This document shows positions 48,838 through 61,344 of a stretch of DNA of 64,000 nucleotides, piece by piece. The notes beneath the pieces were generated by a model. It searched no databases. It was not told the DNA's origin and saw only the letters and a program-made list of their open reading frames with translations. The stretch lies in contig NW_003314362.1 of NCBI RefSeq assembly GCF_000143415.4, positions 532,657 through 596,656 of the forward strand, in the 5' to 3' direction. Numbering within the stretch: position 1 is the stretch's first letter; every line of letters begins with the position of its first letter. The DNA comes from Selaginella moellendorffii. Lineage: Eukaryota > Plantae > Lycopodiophyta. Both the position numbers and the translations under genes were made by a program.

Positions 48838-50984
48838 GGCTCTCTTGAATCGCCACGAAAAACCTCAGATAAACCCTAGAAGGCTTTCACTTCATTTCGT
48901 GAGCTCGAAGTTTAGAATATTCGGCGATTGCTCGACTCACCAAGTCAATCTCGCCTTTGAGCTGCTTAATTCTCGGCTTGTATCCACACTTGCCCCTGTG
49001 ATCGCTCAATCACAATGGAAAGAGAGAGAAACCAACCTGATACATTTGCAGCTCGGATGCCATTGCTTTCATTTGCCTCGTCTTCTCCTTTGAACTTTTC
49101 AAGTAGACCGCCAATTGTTCTACCATCTCTGGTCTTGCCAAGATGTTTCAAAGCTCCACGTACAGCTTTTTGTTCTAAGCAAACGAGATAAACTTTAGGG
49201 TTGTGAAATATACGCTTATAGTCTTTAAATACAATCTTTATATTCTTTCACTTTTAGCGATCCATGCTACTGCATCTCATAGTTACCATACCAATAGCAT
49301 TGAGCCATAGGCTTTGTCTATTGATTCGTTACAACTGTGGTGGAGAGTCAGACATTCAGCCTTTGGCATCATCTGAAGATCCTTGATTACTGCTGGTGGT
49401 GATGAACTCACATAACTCTTAAAGACCGGAGCAGGCATGTGAAGCACTTCGTCTATTTGTTACTGTCTTTTCTTTATAAGAATCAATTTTTAAAATTTCA
49501 AATTTTGTCAAACAAAGAAAATACTATTCTGCATGTGTTTATTTTTTCCCCATGTTCAATTATAGAATATTTCATTTTATAGAAAGGTATGGCATCCTTA
49601 AAAAATTTAAAATTAAAGTTTAACTTAAAATAGTGTTTAAATTGTTTGAATTTAGTTAATAATTATATACTAATAAATAAAAGAATAAAGAAACATGCTA
49701 ATTATAATATAGATATCAAGCAATTTTTGCAAAAATAGAAGTATTTTAACCTTTAAGCTTTTGCTCACAAAACCTGTGTGACCAGTTTAACCATTTGGAC
49801 CTTGATCATGTTTTGAATGGTGAAAAGATCAAAGTAAACAAGAGAAGACCACAACTTTTGCAAAATAACAATGTGAGTTAAATAGCTTAAATTAACTATA
49901 TTCAAGTTAAGCAAAACATATTAGGGCTTGTTAACCAGGAGACTTTATCATATATACAATAATGGCCAGTTCAGTGTACTTAGTTTAGCCTTCCAAAACA
50001 CTCTTGCAAGTTACCCAAGTTTGCTATACGAAGATCACACCAGTCCATGTTTGCTCAGATTCTCGATGAATTCCACAAGACAATGTGGGAATCATCAAGC
50101 TTGTATAAGCCCACACTGACCATTTGCATTTAATCTAATTTCTACATTGAAGATCCACCAAAAGCCATTTTTGCTTGAGGTTCTCTCTCATTGTTTCACA
50201 TCTTGTATGAAAGCTTTGAGATGGTGACGGTCGTGTGATACGGTACCTGGCCAATGACACGCACTTAGCAAAGATGCGAGCTCCAGTTCCTTGCGCACAG
50301 GGGAGAAGATTCGGCAATGCTGGAGAAGGGATCAAATCAGTGCTTTATTCATTCTACACATTTTTCTGCCCAGCTTTTCCTGCATTTTGAATCAAGATTG
50401 ATGAACTTGAAAAGCAAATGAATATACCAGAAAGGCACCTTACGTAAAAGCCCAGCCTTCACTCAGTCTTTCACTCATCAGATTCCTGAAAGAGATCCAT
50501 AGCAGCCACCCAAGCTCCCCTTGCAAACCTTTTCAAAATGAACGTACACCCAAAGCCTGCTTACTACTTCATTAATGGACTTTACCATCTCGAACTTATC
50601 AAAAACTGTCACACAAGATCGAATGCACAAGTAGAAGTTTTGGATCAAAATAACACAAGAAAGAAGTTTAAGAAGCACTTCACAAGAGAAAATGTGTCAG
50701 TGAACAGATTACACATTCTCTAAGAGGTTGACAGCTTCAATCAAGATGGCTGCAAGAAAATGGAATATCACAAAGACACGGCCATGCAAATTTTCGATAT
50801 AGAAGTATGCCTAGTTTGAGTTTGGGTGTATGGAACCCGAAAGCCATTTGCATCAGCTATAGTTTAGCGTAGTTGTCTAGTGCCAAGAATGGCGTTGTCT
50901 CCATCTCCTGTACAAAAGCATTGGAGAGGAGTACGTACAGCAACAATCGCGTGGGTGATAAGATCCAAGGCTGCCCGTGCGGCC

Positions 50985-51470
50985 TGGTCAGCGTCACAAT
51001 GCAAACCTGGGCAGAGATGCGAGCTCCACTTCGTCCGGGACGAACGGCATGCTCATCGCCAGATCGATCGCGTCGCCCAACCGGCCGATCCACGCCAGGA
51101 AATCCGCATGAGAAGTGTGATCGCTCAGCCCAGACGCCGTGATCCGCGAGCAGCGACTGGAAGTGGTGGCAGCTCTCATTGATCAGTGAGGACGGTGAGG
51201 AGCGTCATGCCGTCGGGATCCACTCCCGCGATCCACATCAAGCGCAGCAGCTGGATGCCGTGATCCAGATCGCCGTTGTTGGAGTGGCCGGCCATCATCG
51301 TGTTCCAGAGCGTCATGTCCGGATTGGCGATGCCAGAGAAGAGAGCCCACGTCCCAGTCTTGGAGTAGACGTTGAACATCGCCATGAGGGACAGCTGATC
51401 CGGCTGTGTGGTTGCGGACTGGGTCATGGAGTGGAAGAGATCCGCGGAGCTGGGATCCCAAGACACCAAA
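50985..51470 (-). pseudogene. PLS-class PPR gene remnant
   Basis: LWNTMMAGHSNNGDLDHGIQLLRLMWIAGVDPDGMTLLTVL, then in another frame DFLAWIGRLGDAIDLAMSMPFVPD. Confidence 0.75.
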
Positions 51471-52809
51471 GAAAGAAATTTTTCTGTGGTACCACAGCAA
51501 GAAGCTGGTCATTGTCAAATGGCATAATGCCATAAACTTCCAATTCTCTTCCAAGTCTGGTATGCAAAAAAAAAAAAAAGAAACGGCTTCAGCAACATTT
51601 ACCAACCAAAGAATTTGACGTGATGATCCAAGCAAATGCAAGGAAATATCACTCCTTTCCTGCCTCAGCTGGCACCTCCCTGCTTTATAGACTCAAAACT
51701 AAGAAACCTCACAAATGCTTACTATCTTAAATTGTAGTGAATAACTGTCCACCAGTTTGCATCCATTCTAATCTTCATGTTGTTTTATGCTGTTGATCTT
51801 GCAAAGAGGGTTGCAGATGGGAAGATCATAGCCTGTAACAAAGCAAAGATATATTAGAGAAATATACAACAAAGCTGTAGTCCAGTGCTAAAACTGCATT
51901 CAAAAGGTCACCATAACACACATGAATCTTCAGGTGAAACTTTTCTTACCCACGAATGTCTAAAGGTTTCCAAGTTAAACTTATGTCATCTCTAGTTTAA
52001 TAGTCTCAAGATGTTACAACCTGTGACACACAGATCATGATTAGCAAAATGGACAAGAGGAATTTGAAATAAAATTGTTGATTATTCAGTCTATGTTAAA
52101 TTCCATGTTACGTCATTATGAAGACCCTAGTCCCCAAGGGCAATAAGAAATTGCAAGATTGATTATAGGAAGTTGGTTTAAATTTAAAGCAATTGAAATG
52201 TGTATTTGGGTTCAAAAACACAATTTATTTTGGGTACTATATTTTTTATGAGAGTTTGCAAATTGATCTTGACAAACTTATGACTGTTCAATATGCCTTA
52301 TTCAAAAGTGTGTGAATAATGTGTAACACAAAAAAGACGTCACTATGCTTCACTTTGGACAATCATTCCTTCAGTGCTAGGACTGAGGAGACCACCACAT
52401 ATGGGAGACCTCAATGCTTGAGTCAAAATAACTCTTAGGCTTGTGGTGATGACACGGTGATGAAGAAGAGGGGAGACATTGTTGAATGTATTGTGAATTT
52501 TATGATAACCAAAAAGCACTCCATTTCACTGATTCACCTCCATAAGTGGGTTTTGTTACCACAATCCACTAGAATTCTAATGTAATAACTTGTGATTCAA
52601 CTTGGAGCAAGAAAATTTCGATCAATCTGGCATCCAAAACAAAATATCCCAGTTCAAAGCATAAGAATTACCAAAAAGAGAAAATGAAAGAGATAAATAC
52701 ATAAAAATCACAAAACCCTCAGATTTGAATAACCATAACTATTTCTTAGAGAGTGCTACATTTTAACCATCAATTTCAAGAATCAGATGTCAATAGCACT
52801 TTTAAATAA

Positions 52810-53520
52810 AGAAGTATATATGTATATGTATATGTATGTGTATATGTATATACATATATGTATATATCTGTGTGTCTATGTGTCTGTGTATACTTCTATG
52901 TATTTATTTATTTATTTAACACTTTTACTGAAGAACATACTTCCAAAATTATATATGCTTTATACTTTAGTAACAAGTATTTATTATATAAAAAAACAAA
53001 CTAGTTATCAACTTCTTTATTTTTTAAATATATCTTGTAGCTATTGTGGTATCACCTGTATTCTGGAAATTATCCACCATCATTTTGTGTTTCTTGATAA
53101 TAATCTCTTTGAAAGTGGGACTTGTATTCACCTTTTCATAGCAAGTGATTATCTAGAAACTTGGACCATGAGTCATATTATTTTTACCAATTCATATAAC
53201 TCAGGATCATATAACCAGCTTTTCATATAAAAACTAAGTGGCTTATGTTTTTATAAATCTAAACCAAAACTATTATGATTCTAAAAAATATGAAAAGCTA
53301 TATAAAAAGTTGATAATATGACTTACTTATCACTTTTGTATGCAATTCTAAATAACAAAACATTTCAGGAAACATACATACATACATAGATACATACACA
53401 CAAAAGTATATGTACATACATATATATATACATATATACAAACATAAATATATACATACATAAATATATATATATATATACTTCTATATATATCTTTGTG
53501 TTGTGTGTGAGAGAGTGTAT
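52810..53520. repeat. Two TA/TG-rich microsatellites in opposite orientation
   Basis: 52812-52900 (tatatg) and 53372-53500 (catata). Confidence 0.8.
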
Positions 53521-56500
53521 GGAATATGGAATTAGAATATAAAAATGTACATATCAATTAATCTAAAAACCCTAGTTTATATATAAAAGTGAGTGGTCCA
53601 AATTGAAATTAATCTAACGGCTATCAAAATCCACTACACTAATATTACTTACAGCTAGTAATATTAGTATATGGCATCATACTTATACACTTGGATCTCA
53701 CATTATCCCCTCCTCTCAGAAATATGGAAAGAAGTTAGAGTTCTCTTTTTGATGGGTTGAGATTTAGAAGAACATTAGGAGGAGGCACTAGTGGATTTGT
53801 AGGTGGTATTGAAGCATTTTAGTTGTTGCACATACACAAGTTTTAGAGGATTGGCTTGATGAATATTATATTGGACCTCATAAACTTGTAGTCTAACTTG
53901 TTACAACACTTAATATAATCCCTTCCACTAAATAAGGAGCCCTTTAGTATCGTAAGATTGGGAAAATGGACTAACACCAAATCATCCACCTTGTACTCTG
54001 TAGATGGACGATGATGGGAATTACAGCACCATTGTTGTCCCACTTATATATGGCCGAAATGTTCAACAAATTCCACTTTGACAAATGGAAGAATGCTTGT
54101 TAAATTTTGATCCCAAGACCTAGTATTGGCAATTCGTAGCAATTCAAAGGTAAATTAACTCCATTAGCAATTTCAAGTCATGACCATGTAGAAGTTACAT
54201 GATGAAACACTAATATAACTCTATACTTCTGTAACATATGCAAACCAAAAAGACGGCAAATAACCATCTCAATCCAAATGTTGAAAGTTCACATACTTTG
54301 GGATTATCCCTTTAAAAGTCCAAATGAGCCATTTCACCAAACCATTTATTTGTGGATGATAAGCACTTGAAAAAGTGTGGCATATCCCTAGCTAAGATAT
54401 TAAAACGTGAAATGCCTCAGCTATAAATGCAAAACTATTATTTAAGAGAATCCACTCTAGATAAAAATATTAGAATTTCACTCAATTAAGGAGGAAGTAC
54501 TCAACAACAGTCACTAATCCATCAGCAAAAGCACCAACTTCCATTTAACATTATCTTTCATTTGGTTTGACAACTGCAAATAGACATTTACGAATCTCAA
54601 AAAGCTATTAACGACTCTTTTAATTTTAGCGTATTCATATTACACTCGACTTTTCATTTTGCATGTGGATGCTTCAAATATCAACCTTAAGGGTGTCTTA
54701 ATGCAAGAAAGTATGAGTGTGCATGATCAGTATTATCTCATTATGCACATCAGTTGTACATTACAACTAGTGGAAGTGAACTACTCCATAATAGAGGAGT
54801 GTTTAACAGCAGTTTAGGGTTTTAAGAAACTCCATATATATTTGGATGGTTTTCAAATGTTGTTAAAAGGTGATCATATTACAATTACTCCGTTATTGAA
54901 GCGAAAAGACTTAGTTGGTCATACTGTTTGATGGGTTTTGAAACTTTAGATATATGATTTTAAAGTTATTTATCACCTAAAGCGTTCTATGGCTAATGTT
55001 GATGCCCTTTTTCGAACTCCTCTCCCTTCTTCACTCTTTTCTCTTATTCTTGATAAGCCTGTTCTAACACCTATGGATTTTCTACACTAGAATTCTGTGT
55101 TGTCAGTGGTTGCTATACTTGATGTATAGTGTCTACAAGATGCAAAACAAAATTTACTTTTTTCTTGACGAGGTTCATAAGGCTCAAAAGTTGAGTTGTG
55201 GATCCGAGGGCTTCGTGAGGGGTTTGAAAATTTTGCATCACTTGTTGATGACTTGCTGTTTCGGCATTTACATTCTTAATATTGCCTTAAGGATAACCTT
55301 CTTTATTTTGTTAGGATTGATCTTGATAATTATTTACGATTGGTGGTACCTTCGATATTTATTCCCCAGTTTCTCCATGCTTATTATGACTCTCCTATTC
55401 TAAGCGAGCATATGGGCTATATACATATAACTGAGAAGCTACATAAGTCTTTCTATTAGTTGGAGATATGACATGATGTTGTGTAGTTGTGTTTGGTGCC
55501 AAGCCCATAACATTACCCCTTGTGCTACTGAAGGATGTAAGCCACAAAATTTTTACTTTCCAATTTGCTAACTTACCTTGTCTATTCGACCAATATTGCC
55601 TTAGCGTTAGTTAATTTCTCTTGCCAAAGTTCTCGCCTATTGTACTAGTTCTTAGTTGGTCCTACTTAGCTTCAACAACTCACTACACGAGCAATAAAGT
55701 GTTAGCCATCGATCCATAGATTCCCAAATGCTCTTCCAATCCCCGTCCCCAGGTTAGACTGGACTTAAAGTTTAGCTACACTCCCCGCAAGCACAAGTAG
55801 CCAAACACACCAAGCCTCTAAGTTCCTAACATCCCTCGGTACAACAAACTTTAATCATAGGACCCTCTAAATCCCAAGCCTTGGATGCAACACTTGCTTT
55901 GGGGCATTGAGGGGAAACACTGTGGCCTAATGGCCCAGTATAGGTACCTCTACTCCCCCACTTCCATCCCGAAGGGAAGGCCTAAGCCCCTAGGAAAAAG
56001 CAAGGATCAATGAACCACAAGATACTTAAGTGGGGTACTATTTCACATAAGCCGAGAGCACTGCAGTTGGTTTCCCTACCGGGAGTGGGAGCTGCTCTTG
56101 AGCACTTCCTTGGGTGGCCCTTCCGGCGCCACCCGAGTTTATGCTCACTCCCACCCAAGGCCTCTAAGCCCCAGTCTCAACCTCAAATTAGTTTGGAAAC
56201 ACCACTAGAGAGTTCTTTCAAGACTGATTCCTGGACCTCACTATCCTTATTATACGTTTGGAACCCCCTGCAGCCCCCTCCCCCTAGCCCCTTAGGAGAC
56301 ACATGCTTTGGGTTTTCACCCCACAACTTGTATTAGTATTCAGACTTGATCTTAGAATCGATCTTGGACTCAACCTCGGTCTCGGCCTCAGTCTCTATCT
56401 CAAACTCGATCTTGGACCCAACCTCGGACTCGGTCTCGGACCCAATCTCGGACTCGGTCTCGGACCCGATCTTAGATCTCAAACTCAGTCTTGAACTCAG

Positions 56501-57523
56501 TCTCGAAGTCAGTCGGACTTGGTCTTGGAGTCAATCTCTGAAAAACTCCTGGAATCTCTAAACTGGGAGGAAACATCCAAACAAGATCTTCCTAGGAGTT
56601 TCAAATCTAATCTAGTCCCTAAAACTAAAACTACACTACGAGATGTGTGCACTTACCTGCTTGTGCCAAGCCAAGTAGAGACTGTGAACATGTGCTTGAA
56701 GGTGCTAGTCCCACGCCTTTGATCCCTTGAAGGCGGTGGGTAAGTAAGACATTGCTGTGAAGGGCCGAAGAGATAGGCAGAACGACGATGTATTGCAATG
56801 TATTTTGTATTAGGGATAAGTCTAAAAACATTCTAAGTCCTACTTTTATAGTCGCTACTGCTCACATCAAGGTTAGGAATACAGTCCTAACCTTGAACCT
56901 CTCAAGTTTACTTTCCTAAGCTTGAATCCTCGAGCTTGTCTTTTTCTCCCTTCTCCACTCTCCCACGACTGCCTTGTGCTGCGTCCCGCAGTCACTGCTC
57001 CATTGCTGCATCGTGGGTAGCTGCTCCCTCATGTGGCTCCTCCTCCTCTTCCTCCTCTTCATAAGTCTGAGCTGCTTCCTCAAAGTCTTGTGATCTGAAT
57101 TTGACCAGCTTCTTCCCGAGATCAGTTGCACAAATGCCTCTTCTCGAAACTTTAAACATCCGACTTGAAACAGCCACGACTTCTCCTGGACGGCTTTCAG
57201 TTTTGCTGCTTTACTACTTACTTCCTCTACTCCTACAGAGCTACAAAGGATGAAACCAGCTTGCCTCTGTCCCACCAGAACCTGAGAAACACACTTCCTT
57301 GTCTCTTCACCAACTTCACACCAGCCACCTTCAAATTCAAACTTTGGCCTGGGTATACGGCTCCTCTTGATGGCTGCTCCACAAGGTTCTAAACTTCTAC
57401 ACCTCTTTGTTGTCCAACATCTTCTTCTTTCTTCTTCACAACAGCTTTCTGCTCCAAGCCAGCTTGACCAGCTGCTGCCTGTTCCACGTCAAACTCTGGC
57501 ATTGAATTTTTCTTCTGCTCCGT

Positions 57524-59614
57524 CTACTCACAAAACTTCGGAAGCACCACCTCAAGTTCTTGCGTCTGAAACTCCTTTATCCACTGCAGGTCTTTGTCTT
57601 CTTCTGCTGGTTGCTCAATCTGATCAGGCTGTTCATCTTCCACCAGGTTTTGCTTCAACCTTGCTTCAACTTGCTCTTCCACATGAAACTTTTCTTTCTG
57701 CTGAACAGGTGCCAGCTCCTCTTGGGTAAAACTTCTTGTTTCTTGATTGTTTGATTGTTTGTCGTGTTCTTTGATTGTTTCTGGATCTTGTGCTTGCAAT
57801 TCAGCTTGAATTGCTTTAAGTATTTTCTTGCTTTTCTTCCATTCGGTTTCTGGGATAATTTCCAGTTCATCATCGTGATCTTGTTCTTCCAAATTATCTG
57901 GTTGTTGATACTTGTATTGTTGTCTCGTGATTGCTCGTATTGCTGGTTCTTCATAAGTTTGTGAGTCTTCGACTTCAACCTCAACATTCCGTGCTGCAGG
58001 TGGTCTTGCTCTTGGAGCTTGATTGTTTACGACTTGGTTATTTTCACGATTTGCATTTTGGTAAGGTTGCCGAGGTCGATTATCTTGTTGTGGTGCAAGT
58101 CGCTGGTTGTAATTGTAACCTTGAGCTTGAGGTGGTCTTTGATTATAGTTGCGATATGGTTCTTGATCATAATTGTAATTTCGTGGGGGAGGACATTGGT
58201 AGTCGTCATGAGGTCCATCACGTTGCTGATATGTATTGTAGTTTCTTCCATAATTTCCAGAATAGTTGTTTGGTCTTTGATCTTGAGGGGGTATTCTATT
58301 GTAGTTGCGATTGTTCTGACGGTAAAAGTTTCCTCTTTGATTGTACAAATTATCATCACGTTGATAATAATTGTTATATCTTGGAGGTTCATTGCGTGGT
58401 GGTCGTGCATTTTGATTCCAGTTTCCTTGATATTGAAGATTGGGCTCTCGACGAGAAGTATTCTCGATTCTTGAAACTTCTATTGTATTCCTAAATCGGC
58501 AATTCTTGGCTATATGGCCTTCTCTATCGCAAATTTGACATTTTGGAAGCTGAAATTTGCATTCCAAATATGTATGTCCTTCATTTTTACACTTTGTACA
58601 CCACACTCCTTCCTTGAGTTCGGTTTGTGAGATTTTCCTGATTATTTCCTTCAAGTCTTGGTTTTTTGATGGTTTCTTCTTTGTCTTGATGCGGATTTCT
58701 TCCTCTTCTTCATCATCTGAACTATCATCGGTTTGTGAAGGTCCCGCTTTTGTGAATTGCTTAAATCGTTTTTCTAATGTCAAGATTTCTTTGGAGAGTG
58801 TATCGACATTTTCTTCATCCGGATTCTCTGCTGCAACAGCAAGTGCTACCATGTTTCTATAGATTTCTTTAAGGCCTTGTATATAGGACAAGCTTTTTCC
58901 TTTTTCCGTTATCAAATCCTTGCAACGCTTTGCATGGAACTTAAATCTTTGAGTGTAATCTTGAATACCTTCACGTGGTTTTTGTTTGAAATTCTTGATG
59001 ATCTCATAGTGTTCTTCTTGAGTTCCTCCAGTCTGGAATTGTTCTTTAAATTGTGTGATCTTTTCATCATAGGTTATCGCATCATCGAGTGTGTTGTGCC
59101 AATCGAGGGCTTTTCCTTTAAGTGTGTATGGGAAAAGTATTTCTCGATGCATTTCCTGTTTGTTCATCTTTACAATTTGATCAAATTGTTTAAGATGCTG
59201 GTTTGCATCTTCGGTTTTTCCACCAGTAAAAATGGGATAGGAAATCATGTTCCCTATGGCTGTCGCTGGATTGATGATTGCCATTTGAAGTTGTAGACTT
59301 TGTTGGTGAAATTGTTGTTCTGGTGAGTCTGGATTGGAGTAAAACTTTGGTGCTATGTATTCGGCTTCTTCAAATGCCTCAAACTTTGGGGCGTCTTCAC
59401 TATTTAGTTCTTTGTTATCGTTGGCTGAGTTGCTTGACTCGGCAACTTGAATTTCTTTATCCTCCTTGTCGTACTTCTCTAATATTGTTTCTAAAATTTG
59501 TTGCTGTTGTTGTTCTAGTTTCTCTTTTCCTATCTCTTCCTTTTTCACTTCTCGATTCTTTTGTCGAAGATCTCTTTCCCGGATCTTGATTGGGTCTGGT
59601 TTGTGTTTGTACAT
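57524..59614 (-). CDS. Gag of element E (696 aa)
   Basis: FPYTLKGKALDW, FKQKPREGIQDYTQRF, two CCHC knuckles (CTKCKNEGHTYLEC, CQICDREGHIAKNC), N/Q/Y-rich tail. Confidence 0.85.
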   Translation of the reverse strand: MYKHKPDPIKIRERDLRQKNREVKKEEIGKEKLEQQQQQILETILEKYDKEDKEIQVAESSNSANDNKELNSEDAPKFEAFEEAEYIAPKFYSNPDSPEQQFHQQSLQLQMAIINPATAIGNMISYPIFTGGKTEDANQHLKQFDQIVKMNKQEMHREILFPYTLKGKALDWHNTLDDAITYDEKITQFKEQFQTGGTQEEHYEIIKNFKQKPREGIQDYTQRFKFHAKRCKDLITEKGKSLSYIQGLKEIYRNMVALAVAAENPDEENVDTLSKEILTLEKRFKQFTKAGPSQTDDSSDDEEEEEIRIKTKKKPSKNQDLKEIIRKISQTELKEGVWCTKCKNEGHTYLECKFQLPKCQICDREGHIAKNCRFRNTIEVSRIENTSRREPNLQYQGNWNQNARPPRNEPPRYNNYYQRDDNLYNQRGNFYRQNNRNYNRIPPQDQRPNNYSGNYGRNYNTYQQRDGPHDDYQCPPPRNYNYDQEPYRNYNQRPPQAQGYNYNQRLAPQQDNRPRQPYQNANRENNQVVNNQAPRARPPAARNVEVEVEDSQTYEEPAIRAITRQQYKYQQPDNLEEQDHDDELEIIPETEWKKSKKILKAIQAELQAQDPETIKEHDKQSNNQETRSFTQEELAPVQQKEKFHVEEQVEARLKQNLVEDEQPDQIEQPAEEDKDLQWIKEFQTQELEVVLPKFCE

Positions 59615-60135
59615 TCAGTTTGCTGAGTCTTCTCAACTTGAATGTTGAGATAAGTTTCTTGAATTTATGTTTTGCCTAAGTTGTCTGGAGTCAGATGTTG
59701 TTCTTCATAGATTGCAAAGTCAAGCTCTTATGTCTTGAGTCTTCAGCAAGTTTGTTTTTGGTGTATAAATGCGAAGTCAAGCTCTTGTGTCTTGAGTCTT
59801 CTGCAAGTTTGGTTTTGTAGTAGAAATGCGAAGTCAAGCTCTTGTGTCTTGAGTCTTCAATCGAGTTTTTCTTTCTCGATTCTTCCCGAGTTTCTTCTCG
59901 AGGTCACTTTCCTGAGTCTAGCTTAGGAAAGGTCTTGTATTTGAAAAATCTGGTGGTGTAAGTAAGTACGATTTTGTTTGTGGAAGGAGGTTGGTTGTGT
60001 CATATATTGATCAATGTAGCTGTTCGCTAGTGATATTCTAGTCTCTAATGACGTCCACATGTCACAATATAGTTTCCAACAGATTCTTGTTGCTTTAAGC
60101 CTATGTGTGTGCGGGTTTATCCAGCGCAATTTTCT

Positions 60136-60993
60136 CTATGGTCGATTGCGTGATGGTGCATTTCCCCAATGCTGTTCTTGCCGGTGGTGTTCTACTTCCC
60201 TCTGTCGTATAGCACGTTCTCTTTCACGATCAGAGTCGATCGCTTCACGAACTTCCCAAGGGATAGTCTCAATTAATACCCTTGCATTATAAGTTTGAAT
60301 CCTTGACGCAGGATCTCCTAAAATACTCCTTAAAATGTTGAGACTGCTTGGACGCACTCTTCCTTGTTGGTTGCGAGTGATATGTAGCTCTAGGCTGGGG
60401 TTTCGACGTTGGACCTCAGTGTCAAAGTTGAAGTTTGTTACTGTATTTAATCTTGGCCTATTGTGATTCTGTCTTAAATTTCTCCTCCTTCGACTTGTTA
60501 TCCTTGAGTTTACAAGTCGTTCCCTTGAACTTGATGCAAGTTCAGGTTCCCGTCGGTTTCTTAAACTCGAATTCCGAATTGGAATTTGTTGATGGCCTTG
60601 TCCTTGATTTCTTAATTCTCCAGCTATTCTCGTCCGTCCTAAACGGTGCCAATATGCTATAGCATATAATTCGAGAAGAGTGCTTGTTGGTAGCGTTACA
60701 CGGAGAGGACTTTGAAGAAGTCGGTAAAGTAATTCCGCGTTCTCTTCGAAATCTCTAAATCTAAGAGTGTCCACAAACCAACGAACTTGTGGTTCAAAAA
60801 TTCCACACTCTGTTGCTGCTATGACTCTCGTCAAATCAGTGTTGAAAGCAAGCGTTAATGGTTGAAAAGTTTCATGTTTGTGTATGCCTAGGAATTCAAC
60901 GATTGTTTGTTGAAAGAGGTGTTCGCGATACACCCAAGTCAGGGTTCTTCGAGTTGCAAAGAAATCGAAGTAAACATATTTTTCTTTCAACAT
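60136..60993 (-). CDS. Extra 5' ORF of element E, unknown function (285 aa)
   Basis: Intact ATG-to-stop ORF between PBS and gag, with an Arg-rich central region. Confidence 0.6.
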   Translation of the reverse strand: MLKEKYVYFDFFATRRTLTWVYREHLFQQTIVEFLGIHKHETFQPLTLAFNTDLTRVIAATECGIFEPQVRWFVDTLRFRDFEENAELLYRLLQSPLRVTLPTSTLLELYAIAYWHRLGRTRIAGELRNQGQGHQQIPIRNSSLRNRREPELASSSRERLVNSRITSRRRRNLRQNHNRPRLNTVTNFNFDTEVQRRNPSLELHITRNQQGRVRPSSLNILRSILGDPASRIQTYNARVLIETIPWEVREAIDSDRERERAIRQREVEHHRQEQHWGNAPSRNRP

Positions 60994-61014
60994 TTCCTCA
61001 TTTTTGCATCCCTC

Positions 61015-61344
61015 CTATTTGCTAGACAATTTGTAGAAGAGTCGTAGAATCGTTTCTTGAAGTTTTTGTAAACAACTAAAGCTTTGTTTCGCAGCTTGTT
61101 CTAAACTATCGTCTCTCTTTTTGGTGTCATTTTCTTGGGCTATTTCTTCTCGTTTCCTACTCTCCTCCGCTGCGGCAATGTCATCCCTGATTCGCAGTCT
61201 TGCTTTTGCTTGTTTGCAAGTGTCGCATCGCCATTTTGGATAGCATTGCTTGTACGGTTTTGCACAATTTCTGAAACCACACAAAAGACAGTTTTCGTAT
61301 CTTGTACAGCTTGTGTCTCCAAATGGGCAGTCGTGCTTTTTCAT
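61015..61344 (-). CDS. Cys-rich extra ORF of element E (109 aa)
   Basis: Tandem C-x6-C-x5-C-x2-C motifs followed by a coiled-coil-like segment. Confidence 0.55.
   Translation of the reverse strand: MKKHDCPFGDTSCTRYENCLLCGFRNCAKPYKQCYPKWRCDTCKQAKARLRIRDDIAAAEESRKREEIAQENDTKKRDDSLEQAAKQSFSCLQKLQETILRLFYKLSSK

Noticed and set aside
49300-50850. Possible additional exons between the F-box and PPR remnant
   Set aside because: No coherent frame or recognisable domain.
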